DNA of 64,000 bases from Felis catus. Its lineage: Eukaryota. Shown here piece by piece: positions 27,296 through 39,933 of this stretch. Where the stretch lies: the NCBI RefSeq assembly GCF_018350175.1, contig NC_058368.1, forward strand, positions 144,214,001-144,278,000, in the 5' to 3' direction. Below the pieces are notes generated by a model, which did no database searches, was not told the origin of the DNA, and worked only from the letters and a program-made list of their open reading frames with translations. Position 1 is the first letter of the stretch. Every line of letters begins with the position of its first letter. Both the position numbers and the translations under genes were made by a program.

Positions 27296-28998
27296 TTTAA
27301 AATTTTTTAAAAATGTTTTTATTTCTTTTTGAAGGAGAGAGAGAGACACAGCATGAGCGGGGAGGGGGGGGGGGCAGAGAGAGAGGGAGACACAGAATCC
27401 AAAGGAGGCTCCAGGCTCTGAGCTGTCAGCACAGAGCCCAACGTGGGGCTTGAACTCACGAACACTGAGATCATGACCTGAGCCGAAGTCGGATGTTTAA
27501 TCTACTGAGCCCCTCAGGTGCCCCTCCCACCTCCAGCCTTCTGAAACAAATGTCTCTCCTGTTATTTTTGGCTCTTGGGGATTTACTCTTTTTTGTTGTT
27601 GGTTTTTGACTCTGCTTAAGAAACTTTTTTTTTTTTTAATTTTTTTTTTTCCAACGTTTACTTATTTTTGGGACAGAGAGAGACAGAGCATGAACGGGGG
27701 AGGAGAAGAGAGAGAGGGAGACACAGAATCGGAAACAGGCTCCAGGCTCTGAGCCATCAGCCCAGAGCCCGACGCGGGGCTCGAACTCACGGACTGCGAG
27801 ATTGTGACCTGGCTGAAGTCGGATGCTTAACCGACTGTGCCACCCAGGCGCCCCAAGAAACATTTTTGATTATATTTTAATTCACTGTTTCTATGGTTTT
27901 TAATTTGTTTTTTTTTAACATTTATTTGTTTTTGAGACAGAGAGAGACAGAGCATGAATGGGGGAGGGTCAGAGAGAGGGAAACACAGAATCTGAAACAG
28001 GCTCCAGGCTCTGAGCTGTCAGCACAAAGCCCGACGCGGGGCTCGAACTCACAGACCGTGAGATCATGACCTGAACCGAAGTCGGCCGCTTAACCGACTG
28101 AGCCACCCAGGCGCCCCTCTATGGGGTTTTTAGTATACTGTCTGGACCAAGTAAGTTTTTCATGCTTACAGTAGCATTCTCTTATTTTTGTACTTGGATC
28201 TCTCCCCATTTTGAAACTACTTCAGTAATCATCTGTATTTTAGTCCATTTTGATTTTCTTTAAAATTTAATCTAATTTTTAGCATTTAACACTTAATTCA
28301 CTTTTTCTTTATTTTATTTTTACTGTGTCAGGTGTGGTCCTGCCTTAATTTCCCCATGAGTGCTCGTGAGTCCATTTTACATTCATAACTTAGCTTTTAT
28401 CAATCTGAGATAAAATTCCATCCATATTTTTTTAAGAAAGAACAAAAATCAGCAACAAGGATAGGGAATAGTTTTAATGTATGAACAACATAGCCTGTCA
28501 AAATTCTGTTCCATATTTACTACCAGTAAACCATATAGCCTTGAATTTTCAAGAAGAAATTTTTTTTAATTTTTATTTATTTATTTATTTTTTAAACGTT
28601 TATTTATTTTTGAGACAGAGAGAGACAGAGCATGAACGGGGGAGGGGCAGAGAGAGAGGGAGACACAGAATCTGAAACAGGCTCCAGGCTCCAAGCTGTC
28701 AGCACAGAGCCCGATGCGGGGCTTGAACTCATGGACCGCGAGATCATGACCTGAGCCGAAGTTGGCCGCTTAACCGACTGAGCCACCCAGGCACCCCAAG
28801 AAATTTTTTTTTAATGTGTATATATTTTTTAGAGAGAGATCATGAGCAGGGGAGGGGAAAAGAGAGAGGGGGCAGTGGATCCAAAGTGGGCTCTGCACTG
28901 ATAGCACAGACCCCGATGCTGGGGTCCGACTCAAGAACTGTGAGATCATGACCTGAGCTGACCTTGGATGCTTAACCGATTGAACCACCCAGATGCCC
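27296..28998 (-). mobile_element. Cluster of five antisense CAN-SINEs (~27296-27524, 27625-27854, 27897-28117, 28560-28797, 28803-28998)
   Basis: Five SINE bodies. The 27625 copy carries young-subfamily diagnostics (GAGCCATCAGCCCAGAGCCCGACGCGG). Confidence 0.92.
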
Positions 28999-30149
28999 AT
29001 TTTGTTTTTGTTGGACTTTTGCCTGTTTTAAACAGTGATAGGTAGATTCTGGTGTCTCAGACTTAGAATCCACTCTTTTTCTTCTGTAAATCTGAAGGTA
29101 AAAATAGCAGTTTTTGTCAGTTACCGGTTAACATATATTGATATTGAAGAACAAATAAAGCTGTGTGAGAAAAGGAAGAATGGCTTGGAATTAATGGAAT
29201 ATGCATTTTAAAGTATTAGCGTTTTTTTATAATCTTTGGCCACAAGGGGTCTCCAAAGGATTTTCTATTCTGTGAATTATCATTTAAAGAGTACCAGAAT
29301 CTTCACATTTATTTTTATATCTCTAGGTAGACTTAGTTACTTTGTATCACATGGTAATTAAGAATAACTACATATTAGTGAAAGGTGATGCTAAGATAAA
29401 ATTGTTTCTAAGTAATGATAAATAGATTTTCTTAGGTTATTTTTATTTATGTAAAACATGTTCATAAAGTTTCGGTTTGGATCTTAGGAAATCATTTTTA
29501 CTATTTTTTGTTACCTTTCCCATTTGTTGTAAGAATATATAGAGAGAAGCAAAGAGAGAAAGATGATTTTCAACCCTATATTAGTTGCATTTAAGGTCGC
29601 TTTAGCTTAGATATGTTATATGTCTGTAAAACTTGTTGAGAGGAAAACTATCTAAAACAATAGACAAATATTAGGCTGTGTTTAATAGTTCTCAAAGAAA
29701 CTGATATTTGAGGCAGATGAGAAGAACAGAGCAGATGGTGCCCAATTTTGTGTTCAGAGAGGTGAGGGCTTCCTGGGCCCTGGCACAGCCAAAGAAGGCT
29801 TTATGTAGGAGGTGGGCTGGGCTGGCAACACTTGCGGGACAGGAGGCTTTGAATTGGTAGTGGGGAGGAGGGAAGAGTGTGCTGTGTGTGTGCACACGTG
29901 TACGTGTTCGTGAACAGTATGCGCTCTGAGGCACACAGGCTGGAAATACTAGAGGAGGTGTGAGGATAGAGGTGACACTTTTTCTAATTGGAGGTGAACT
30001 TTCATGTTGAGTAATGGGGAAGAAAGCATTGAGGACCATAAAATCCAGCCACGGCGACTGGAATCTGATGGAAGTCAGTAAGGCTTCTGAGCAAAAGAAT
30101 GGCATGACAGAAGAGGCAAGTCTACTACCTAAATGGGAGAATTGAACTT

Positions 30150-30214
30150 AAAACAAAACAAAACAAAACAAAACAAAACAAAACAAAACAAAACAAAACA
30201 AAACAAAACAAAAC
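30150..30214 (+). repeat. (AAAAC)13 pentanucleotide microsatellite
   Basis: 13 perfect units. Confidence 0.97.
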
Positions 30215-31759
30215 CTGTTTCCCTGAGGGGCAACAAGAATAAGTACGGGGAGTCTGGAGAATGTCATAGCTGGGAGTAGGAGGAAGGAAAATAGAAAGAA
30301 ATGGAAAGGAAGGGGATAAAAGAGCTGGGTATAGAGCCAGGGCAAAGCAGGGATATGTGGTCATCATTTATCTGTTGCAAATGATATGGCCATTGGTATG
30401 TGTTAATTTTTTACAGTATTGACTGTTAAAATTTTCTGAAGCTGCATGATATTGACAAAGATAGTTGGTTATAAATTAACCCTAACCAGTTCAGATCACT
30501 TATGAAGTATCTATAGAAGAATGACCTTCAGTACTACAGTGATCTAAGCAATTTGGCTTAGGAAATCCATGCTTGAACACATCAGGATTTACTCAAAGGT
30601 AGATGTGTATGCTGCCGATTTGAAGAAAACATTCAAATCTTGATGTTGGGGAATAAGAATAACTCCTACTGTGGATACTTCCAGTGTTAGAAAGAGAAAT
30701 ACATTATTATGTTTTTGTGTCCACAGACAGCCTTACATCTTTAAAGGTTTAGTCAAAACCATTATCTGACATGATTGTTTATAACGGAGATTTGTACCAT
30801 CTGAGTGTCTTTTATAGATATTTGAAATTACCATTGCTGTGTTTTAATTTTGTGTTTCTCTTTTATTAAATTGTATTAGAGATTAAGTACTACTTTGTCA
30901 TACTTTGATTTTCAAATTTTTAATGGAAAATGTTTTGTAGTTTCAGTATTAAAATGAGATTATTACTTTGAGACTATGTGCATAAATTATCAGAGCAATT
31001 GTTATGTAAATTAGGTATCTGTGTTATGACTAAAGTCCAACTTCTTGCTAATGTCATTAGTTGAATTTAGCATTAGTTAAAAAGTATCAAATATTTTTGA
31101 AGGATGAGAGGAAAAAAATAGACAGATATTACTGATTAACTTGGTTAAGAGGAAGTGCTCCACACGTATGAAATGTTAAGTGGCTAGTACTTGATGGTCT
31201 GAATTTAGTGACTGCACTCTTCTAATATGTTTTGTCAAAGCTTAGTAAGTTTAGTGCCTTGGGCTTATATGAAGTCTTTTCAATATGATTCTTACTAGGA
31301 GTTGTTGGGAACCAAGTAAATGTGGCATGTATCAAACACTGGGTGGCAGGCAGATACGAGCCAAAAAGTCCCTAAATTTGGTGGGAAGATGAATCTGGGT
31401 AAGGTGAGGGCATTCAAGGGAGTGTGAACACAGGATGGGGTAAGGGAATTGTGAACAGTGAGTTGAATGGAGTGTTAGGTGTGTATAGGCAAAGAGTGGC
31501 CTGGGACAGAATCTAGCACTTAACTGCTTAGTGAACATTTGCTACATGCCAGTGTGTTTATGGACAGAGGGGAGGACTGTACCTGTTTCATGGAGGATGC
31601 TGGGCACTAGCGGGAAGAATTTGTGCTTTATTTTGATGTTTTATCCACTTTGGCTTACTGACTCCTTTTATTTAGTAATTTGTGTTAGAATTTTCTTCTT
31701 GTAAATTTGTTAAATTACTGGGGTAGTACATGTCTTTTGTAAAAGTAAAAATAATCTAT

Positions 31760-31876
31760 TTTTTTAAAGTTTATTTATTTTTTTAGTAATCTCTATACCC
31801 AGCATTTGGGGCTCAAACTCATGACCCCAAGGTCAAGAGTTGGATACTCTACCAACCAAATCAGCCAGGTGCCCCC
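31760..31876 (-). mobile_element. Short CAN-SINE variant lacking the CT tract
   Basis: AGTAATCTCTATACCCAGC...GGGCTCAAACTCATGACCCC...CAGCCAGGTGCCCC. Confidence 0.8.
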
Positions 31877-32412
31877 AAAATACCTGTTGTAAAGAAAACA
31901 ATTCTTGCTAACCTTCCCACCCAATTTGATTTAAAGTATTTGTGTTAGAATGTGACTTTAATATTTATAAAACTTAGAATTTAGTGCTTTAGCTTTATAT
32001 CTTTTTTTTTGTAGCAGTAGTCAAAATAAAAGTTGAAATTAAAATCAGGCAAATGTATAAAACTAGTAAACTGAAGTGAACAGTATTTTGGCACAAAGGA
32101 TGATGTTCTTGTCTGAAAATAAATTGTTCCTCATAATTTGAGTGGGATGTGTCCCCCATTAAGGACCAGGTTCTTTGCAGTAGTTCATTTTTTCTATACT
32201 GTGATGTGCTTTGTAGACTCAGCTTTTTACCACAGTTTTTCTTTTTGAACCACAGTGTAACTTAAGTGATTTGCCCTCTACTTTTATTTGAAGACTGCCT
32301 CTTTTTTTTTCTGATTACACCTCAACAATGCAAGTGCTCTTTATTGCTAATGTGATGTTAAGCATAAACAGAAATGCAGGAACTGAAGCATGTGGCAAAA
32401 TTCATTAAAAAA

Positions 32413-32636
32413 ATTTTTTTTAATGTTTATATTTGAGAGAGAGAGAGAGACAGACAGACAGAGTGTGAGGGGAGAGAGGGGCAGAGAGAGAGGGAGACAC
32501 AGAATCTGAAGCGGACTCCAGGCTCTGAGCTGTCAGCACAGAGGCAGGCGCAGGGCAGGGCTTGAGCTCACAAACCGTGAGATCATGGCCTGAGCTGAAG
32601 TCAGATGCCTAATTGACTGATCCACCCAGGCGCCCC
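32413..32636 (-). mobile_element. CAN-SINE
   Basis: Antisense SINE consensus. Confidence 0.9.
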
Positions 32637-33511
32637 TTAAAAGGTGGTAATCTAGTTGATTTAGGACAGGTTTTTTTCAAACCAAAGTTCATAAAGTCAG
32701 TGTGGTAGGTTGCACCTAACAGTGAAAAAAAAATAAAATAGAATTTATCAAAGTGCTTCACATGTAGTAAAGGTTAAGTGTTTCATAAAAGGCTTTTTTT
32801 TCAGTTTTATTTGTCTATGCATTATTTCTGTCTATAGGTATGCCTTCTGATCCTCTTTGCAATTCCTATCATGTTTGTAATTCTCCAAGAAGGGAATTAA
32901 ACTCCTCATATAATATATTAATTAAATGTTATCTTAAATGATCTCATATATACATTCTTATTACCTAAAACTGATCAGATACTACCGAGAAGTATAGTTT
33001 TAAATAGTACAAATGAGAGGCAGTTAACATTTAAAGACTGTATATTGAAAACTCTAAAGTTGATTTGCATACCATACATTGCCTACATAGAAAATGCAGA
33101 AGTGACAGATTATTAGAAGTAATAAGGGTTCATCAAGATTGTTAAGTGAAATCAGTAAATGAAAATGAATAGTGTCTTAATACAGCAGCAACAAATAGTA
33201 AAATTCTTAAAAGAAGGTACTACTTGGAATAGCAACAAAAGCAGTATTATTTAGGACTGTATTCACCAAAAGACAAACAAGACCTTAAAGAAAATTTCAA
33301 AACTTTATTGAACAAAGAAGAACTAAATAATGGAAGGAGGTGTATTAAAAATGTGTAATTAGTAAAGTAAACCTGTGATTTTACAAATATTTATGGTGTA
33401 GAATACAGATTCTTAAGTTGGTATTTGAGTTTAAAAAAATGTGGATTGATTTAACAGAAGCTTGGATTGTAGTGGTGATATGCTCATAGATGTGGTAACA
33501 TCTTAAAAAAC

Positions 33512-33763
33512 TTTGTTTTAATGCTTTTATTTTTATTTTTGAGAGAGAGAGAAGAGACAGAGCTTGAGCGGGGAAGGGGCAGAGAGTGAGGGAGACACCA
33601 TCTCAGCTGAGCTGTCTCCCTGGTGGTCTAGTGGTTAGGATTCGGTGCTCTCAGCTGAGCTGTCAGCACAGAGCCTGACGCGGGGCTCGAACTCAAGAAC
33701 TGCGAGATCATGACCTGAGCCGAAATCAGATGCTTTAACCCACTGAGCTACCCAGATGCCCCT
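33512..33763 (-). mobile_element. CAN-SINE hosting the tRNA-Glu fragment
   Basis: Antisense SINE body; TSD-like TAGATGTGGTAACAT on both sides (~33487 and ~33764). Confidence 0.9.
33617..33653 (+). pseudogene. 5' half of tRNA-Glu(CTC); tailless retropseudogene-like insertion
   Basis: TCCCTGGTGGTCTAGTGGTTAGGATTCGGTGCTCTCA matches nt 1-37 of mammalian tRNA-Glu-CTC as I recall it, with one C>T at a CpG. It ends just after the CTC anticodon and is flanked by the direct repeat TCTCAGCTGAGCTGTC. Confidence 0.9.
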
Positions 33764-34116
33764 AGATGTGGTAACATTTTTGAAGATGCAGGGGATAACT
33801 TAAGTTAGGGAATTGTGCTGGAGCACATAGTAAGGGCAGTGTATGTCACGTTTTTCTGTTTCTTGTCATTTAGATTTTGTATGTGTGTTTGAGCTAAATC
33901 TAATATAAATGGGAACATTGCTTGCATGGGAAAAAATTTCACACCAGAGGTTTAGGGTAGTACAGATGATGATGAATTTGAAGCTTAGGTCACTTAAACT
34001 CCATGATGATGGGTTACTCTCCATTTTTCAAAATAGTTTGCCTTTCTAAGTAAGATACTTTATTCTGCCTTCAAGTTCATGTTATTAATTTAGATGGCAG
34101 TAAATTCTAATTGATT

Positions 34117-34311
34117 ATTTTGTTTTAAGTTTATTTTTGAGAGCGAGAGAAAGTACAAATTGGGGAGGAGCAGAGAAAGAGGGAGAGAGAGAATCCCAAG
34201 GAGAGGCTTGGGAATCCCCCATCAAGGGGCTTTAACTCAAGAACCATGAGATCATGACCTGAGCCAAAATCAAGAGCCAAATGCTTAACTGACTGAGCAC
34301 CCAGGCACCCT
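34117..34311 (-). mobile_element. CAN-SINE
   Basis: Antisense SINE; TSD-like TGATTATTTT. Confidence 0.85.
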
Positions 34312-34409
34312 GATTATTTTTTTTCTTATCACTAAAACTATCTGTAATGATAGATATTTCTAGGATATTCTCAATTTATTGATACATCTTCTGAGTTATG
34401 CATTATAAT

Positions 34410-34800
34410 ACATTCATTTATTCTTAAAAACGTTTACTGGGTGCTTACTGGGTACCAAGTTGCATTATTAGATAGTGAAGATGCAAAAATGAATAGGATC
34501 CCTATTCTCCCAATTCTTATGGTCTAGAGGATTGGTATTCATGGAAGTAAATAAACAATGATAACGAAAGCGCTGATTGTTAAGGTTCCAGAAAGTGACT
34601 GGTAGCATGAGGACATCAAACTTTGCTAGAAGGAGTTAGGTGAGGCTTCCAGGAAGAATAGTCCAGCACTGAGACTAGAAAAATGATAGCCAGGCAGATG
34701 GAGGTGTAGGAGAGTATGGTTTTCTTAGGGAACAGAAGCTAGTTTGGTCTGACAGGGCAGGCATGGCAGCGTGAGACAGGACAGATGTGGGGTTTGGAGA
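34410..34800 (-). mobile_element. L2 LINE fragment
   Basis: CATTCATTTATTC...TTTACTGGGTGCTTACTGGGTACCAAG L2 3'-end pattern. Confidence 0.6.
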
Positions 34801-35688
34801 GAAAGGTTGTGTAAAGTGAAAGTGAAAAAGAACCAAGAGAGAAAGCAATGTAATGGAGGGGTTGGACAAAAAGTTTCCTGTGAAAAAGATGGAGAAGGAA
34901 TGACTGGTGGCAAAAACTATATCATAATGATCCTTTGTGTCCCCAGTACCTATTATATATGGCTTGCATATACTAGGTCCTTAATAAATGATCAATGAAT
35001 GATTAAACAAGTGACTTTTGGAATAGGGAAGAAATGGGTATTTCCTATTTGTTTTTCTTAAGAAAATTGATTTAGGTTTTATAAAATGGAGGGATTGTTG
35101 TAGTAGTTGGATATTCATACATGCAATATATATGATGATAAAGGTGTATTTAAATGGTATAGATGTGGCCAACTCATTTACTTCTTTTGGGAAGACCATA
35201 TTAATTCCTTATCATTTGGAAATTAAATAAAAACTTAACAAAAAAAATTCCATATCATTTTTGCCTGTGGTTTCTAGTCTTTAAAAAAAATAGTGTCATT
35301 TTAAATTAATTTATTTAAGCTTCTTAACATTTCCATGGATATTCCCTTACAGTAAATACTAATGGAATCTACATGGCTAAGTTTTCCTGTACAGGGAATT
35401 ATATAATTATTTTAAAGATTGATATTGATGGGGAAAACAAGGTCCCAACCTCATTTCTGGTACTTGAAACCTTTCCTGTGTGGTACTCATAGGAAATCTT
35501 CCCCCCTCTCCCGCCTCTCCCCCCCCTGCAGTGTTGTGTTTTTTTTTTTTTTTTATCTTCCTCATTTCCTTCATTCTAAAGTAAGAGATAAATATAAAGT
35601 TGACTCCTTTGTTACTGCATTTCATTGTTTATTTTATGGTAATTTCACTTTACTATTTAGAAAATTCAGAATAAAAAAAGTTGCTCAT

Positions 35689-35922
35689 GGGGGCGCCTGG
35701 GTGGCGCAGTCGGTTAAGCGTCCGACATCAGCCAGGTCACGATCTCGCGGTCGGTGAGTTCGAGCCCCACGTCAGGCCCTGGGCTGATGGCTCGGAGCCT
35801 GGAGCCTGTTTCCGATTCTGTGTCTCCCTCTCTCTCTGCCCCTCCCCCGTTCATGCTCTGTCTCTTTCTGTCCCAAAAATAAATTAAAAAAATGTTGAAA
35901 AAAAAATTAAAAAAAAAAAAAA
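35689..35922 (+). mobile_element. Young felid SINE (SINEC_Fc-type)
   Basis: CpG-rich with a long A tail; perfect TSD AAAAAAGTTGCTCATG at 35673-35688 and 35917-35932. Confidence 0.95.
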
Positions 35923-36204
35923 GTTGCTCATGATAGTGGATTAAATAGCAGAAAAAATCTCATACACAGGAAGGAAATATCTTTAAGAAAACATTTAAAG
36001 AAAAAGTCTTCTTAATAATAAAAATCTGTTTTATATATATATATATATTTTAAATATTCCTTTCCTGCTGGAAATGCCATTGTATTTTCAGTAGTTCTTT
36101 TTTTTTCTTTTTAATAACCAAATACAGAAGAAACATTCATAAGATTTTTTCCTTGTGGTCTTAACAAGAAAACAATTGTTTTTGTATTTAAGATTTATAT
36201 TGTG

Positions 36205-36670
36205 TTATTTTTATTGAGGTATAATTGACATAAAACAGATTCAGATGTACAACGTAATGGTTTGATATTTATATTGTGAAATGATCAAAATAAGTTAACA
36301 TCTAGTTAACATCCATCACCATGCATAGTTACAAATTTTTTTCTTATGATGAAGACTTTTAAGATCTACTCTCTTGGGGGGTGCCTGGGTGGCTTGGTCG
36401 GTTAAGCGTCTGACTTCGGCTCAGGTCATGATCTCACGGTCGGTGAGTTCGAGCCCCGCGTCGGGCTCTGTGCTGACAGCTCAGAGCCTGGAGCCTGTTT
36501 CAGATTCTGTGTCTCCCTCTCTCTCTGCTCCTTCCCTGTTCATGCTCTGTCTCTGTCTCAAAAATAAATAAACGTTAAAAAAAAAAAAGATCTATTCTCT
36601 TGGAAACTTTCAATATACAAGACAGTATTATTAACTGTAGTCACCATGCTGTACATTACATCCCCAATTA
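36205..36670 (-). mobile_element. L1 3'-end fragment interrupted by a + strand SINE (36376-36588)
   Basis: TTTTTATTGAGGTATAATTGACAT...TTAACTGTAGTCACCATGCTGTACATT; SINE TSD AAGATCTA(C/T)TCTCTT at 36361-36375 and 36587-36601. Confidence 0.75.
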
Positions 36671-36757
36671 ATAGTTTTTAATGTATGTAGTCAGCACTTT
36701 TAATGGGTATGCTTAATATATATCAAACAGGCGTGTTCTTATATATGAAAATGCCGA

Positions 36758-36800
36758 TTTTAATATTCATTTATTTTTGCGAGAGAGGGAGGGAGGGAGG

Positions 36801-36838
<38 letters not shown>

Positions 36839-37006
36839 ATGAGTGGGGGAGGGGCAGAGAGAGAGGGAGACAAAGAACCTGAAGCAGGTTCCAGGCTCTG
36901 AGCTGTCAGCACAGAGGCCAATGCAGGGCTCAAACTCATGAACTGCAAGACCATGACCTGAGAGCTGAAGTCGGATGCTTAACTGACTTGAGCCACCTGG
37001 GCGCCC
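36758..37006 (-). mobile_element. CAN-SINE
   Basis: Antisense SINE with (GGGA)n(GA)n tract. Confidence 0.9.
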
Positions 37007-38902
37007 CAAAATCCAGATTTTAAAACATGGTAAATAAATACATGATAGTTACTGTACAACAGTGTTTGCTATAGGGTTTATCTAAATTCTGAGCCCTTGT
37101 GTATTTTCATTGAGTATAACTCCTCAGGGGTGTCTTTACTTGGAAAGTATAAATGGAGTGTACATGTAATAGGTTTACTGAGAGCAGCTGAATAGGAAGA
37201 AACAGCATTTGAAGAGTCTGGAGGAATGACTTAACTGATTAATACAGAGAACCCCCAAGATAGGGCAAGACTGCTTAAACAGAAGGTTCGAAAAGCATTG
37301 CGTGAGGTATACACAATTGTTTTACTACTTCTGCTTGATTTTTGTAAATACACCTATTCATTTGGGGTTGAAGATTTTATTGCATAAAGTCCCCCAATTA
37401 AAGCATTTTATTCTGAAGTTACAAGGTCACTGAGGTAGTATGTGGCAAAGTCCACTAGGACTAGATCCCCAGTCCTAATAGATGCTTGTAAGTCCACTTT
37501 TTACTGTCATTAAAATATAACCTAGTGGCAGTCTAAAATACAAATATCTCCATAATTGAACTCTTATTATAGGTAGCCATCTGTCTATAAGATCTCTTCA
37601 GTTACTTCTTTCTTCCCTTTCCCTCTTCATAGTTCAGGAAGAGATTCCTTCTCCTTTCTTCCCTTGTAGCAAAACTTCCTTTCACTATCTATTTTAAATA
37701 AAAAACTTGAGGCTAGCTTGATTTGAGAGCTTCTCTGGGCTTGCTTATGGTCTAAGTCTTGTCTAAGCCTATGTCTAAGTGGACTTAGACTTTTCATTTA
37801 GTCTTTGCAATGACTCCTACCTGTCAAATCTTTCCACTGAAGAGAGATTTCTAATTTCCTTTATTTTTCTTGATTACTCTGAGATTATTCTCTTATCTTT
37901 TGTTTTCAGGCCAGAAATTTCTTCTCTCTCCCATCTTTTTTGGTGGGTTATTTTTAACTGCTAGCCTGAGTTTTGATTTCTAGAGCAATAAAAGTCTGTG
38001 AAGTCCTGCTGTGTTTTTTTCCCCTCTACCATTTTGCTTTCCACTCTGTTCCTTCCTTACTCTCTTATCCCTGTTTTTGTCTTCTGTTTGGTGTTTGATT
38101 TAATAAATAATTTGACTTAATATACATAATACTGAGGTTGATGATGTTTCTCTAGGTTTACTTGGGAGCTCCCGCACACCCCAACAATTTAGAAAACTCT
38201 GACAAGTTCTTGGGACTGTTTCCTTCATTGTCATCTTGAACTCTTTCTTTTTGTACCTTCAGCTGTGACACACTCTTCTTGGCCAGGCTGAGCTGGGCTC
38301 TGCCTCTCATAGGAGTGCTTGTGAATCTTAAACACACAATGTAGTTATACTAGGTTGTCCCCAACCCTAATAGGAAGGCTGGGAGAGAGGGGAATGCATG
38401 AGTGGATCTGCATTCCTTCCCTGATGGCCTTGTTGGATCATGACCATCCACAGGTTTAGTCCTTACCTGGTAGGACCATTGAGATCAGGGGAGTGTCTTT
38501 AGGGTGCTTTGTGTCTAGTCAGGATGGCCTGCACCTGAGCCATCATGGCAGTGCTTTTTTAACTGTGGTCCCAAGTCATTAATGACTCATGAAAACAATT
38601 TTATGGATGGCAATTACCATTTTAAAAAATGCATTAGAATAGTATAGAGTTGAAGATAGATAAGTGCATTGTATGTAATAATCTAAGTATTGTTTAATGA
38701 AGCTTTTTCCATTTGCTATATATCCTAATCCTGTCTAACCCAAGAAAAAGTTGCTTCAAAGAATGACATATTGACTTCTGGTCGTTCCTGTTAATGATGT
38801 ATATACAATTAACACATTAACTGACTGTTTCCCTTTTCATTCAGCTTCACAACATTTATTATACAATTGTCATGAATCTCATTGAGATTAGATTACTACC
38901 TT

Positions 38903-39117
38903 TGGGGTGCCTGGGTGGCTCAGTTGGTTAAGTGTCTGACTCTTGGTTTTGGCTCAGGTCATGATCTCACAGTTTGTGAGTTCAGGCCCTTTCTCGGGCT
39001 CCGTGCTGACAGTGGAGAGCCTGCTTGGGATTCTCTCTTTGCCTCTCCCCTGCTTGGTCTTTCTGTCTCTCTCTCAAAAATAAATAAACCTAAAAAAATT
39101 TTTGAAAAAAAAAAAAA
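38903..39117 (+). mobile_element. CAN-SINE
   Basis: Sense SINE with A tail. Confidence 0.9.
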
Positions 39118-39317
39118 GGAAATTATTACTTTTGCCCAGTGAGGGCTACTAGTCTATTTGGAGAGCCAGCACATATACTCATTGCTTTGGGTACAAAGCA
39201 GATTAATACAGTGTGATAGGAAAGCAAACTGAATACTAAGAGTACACGAGAAGGAGAGAATGGAGCAGTATTCCTTAGTAGAAATATGATGTGATCCACA
39301 AATGCAAGTCACATGTT

Positions 39318-39505
39318 ATTTTGTTTATTTTTAAATGTTTTATTTATTTTTCAGAGAGAGACACACACACAGTGCCACAGGCAGAGAGAGAGGGAGACAC
39401 AGAATCCGAAGCAGGCTCTGACGTGGGGCCTGAACTCACAAGCTGTGAGATCATGACCTGAGCCGAAGTCAGAGGCTTAACTGACTGAGCCACCCAGGCG
39501 CCCCC
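39318..39505 (-). mobile_element. CAN-SINE at the tail of a short antisense L1 3' end (~39510-39670)
   Basis: SINE body followed by TTTATTAAAGTATAGTTGACACACAATGTTACATTAGTTTCAGGTGTAC. Confidence 0.85.
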
Positions 39506-39671
39506 TTGTTTATTTTTTATTAAAGTATAGTTGACACACAATGTTACATTAGTTTCAGGTGTACCACACAGTGAGTGATTCCCCAAGTCTGTACATTATG
39601 CCTATGCTCACCACAAGTGTAGTACCTACTATCTGTCACTGTGCAACACTGACTGTTCTTATGATACCATT

Positions 39672-39877
39672 GAACACATAAGCAATTTTAAATTTTCTGG
39701 TAGCCAGGGGTGGTGCCTGAGTGGCTTAGTCGGGTAAGTGTCTGACTCTTTGGTTTTGACTCTGGTCATGATCTCACGGTTTGTGAGATGGAGCCCTGTG
39801 TTGGGCTCTGTGCTGACAGCCTGGAGCCTGTTTGGGATTCTCTCTCCCTCTCTCTTTGCCCCTCCCTTACTTGTGTG

Positions 39878-39933
<56 letters not shown>

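Noticed and set aside
33617..33653. Functional tRNA-Glu gene
   Set aside because: Only the 5' 37 nt are present, with no T-arm, B box or 3' acceptor strand. The downstream GGCTCGAACTC (33684-33694) is the reverse of the SINE B box and mismatches the GTTC core.
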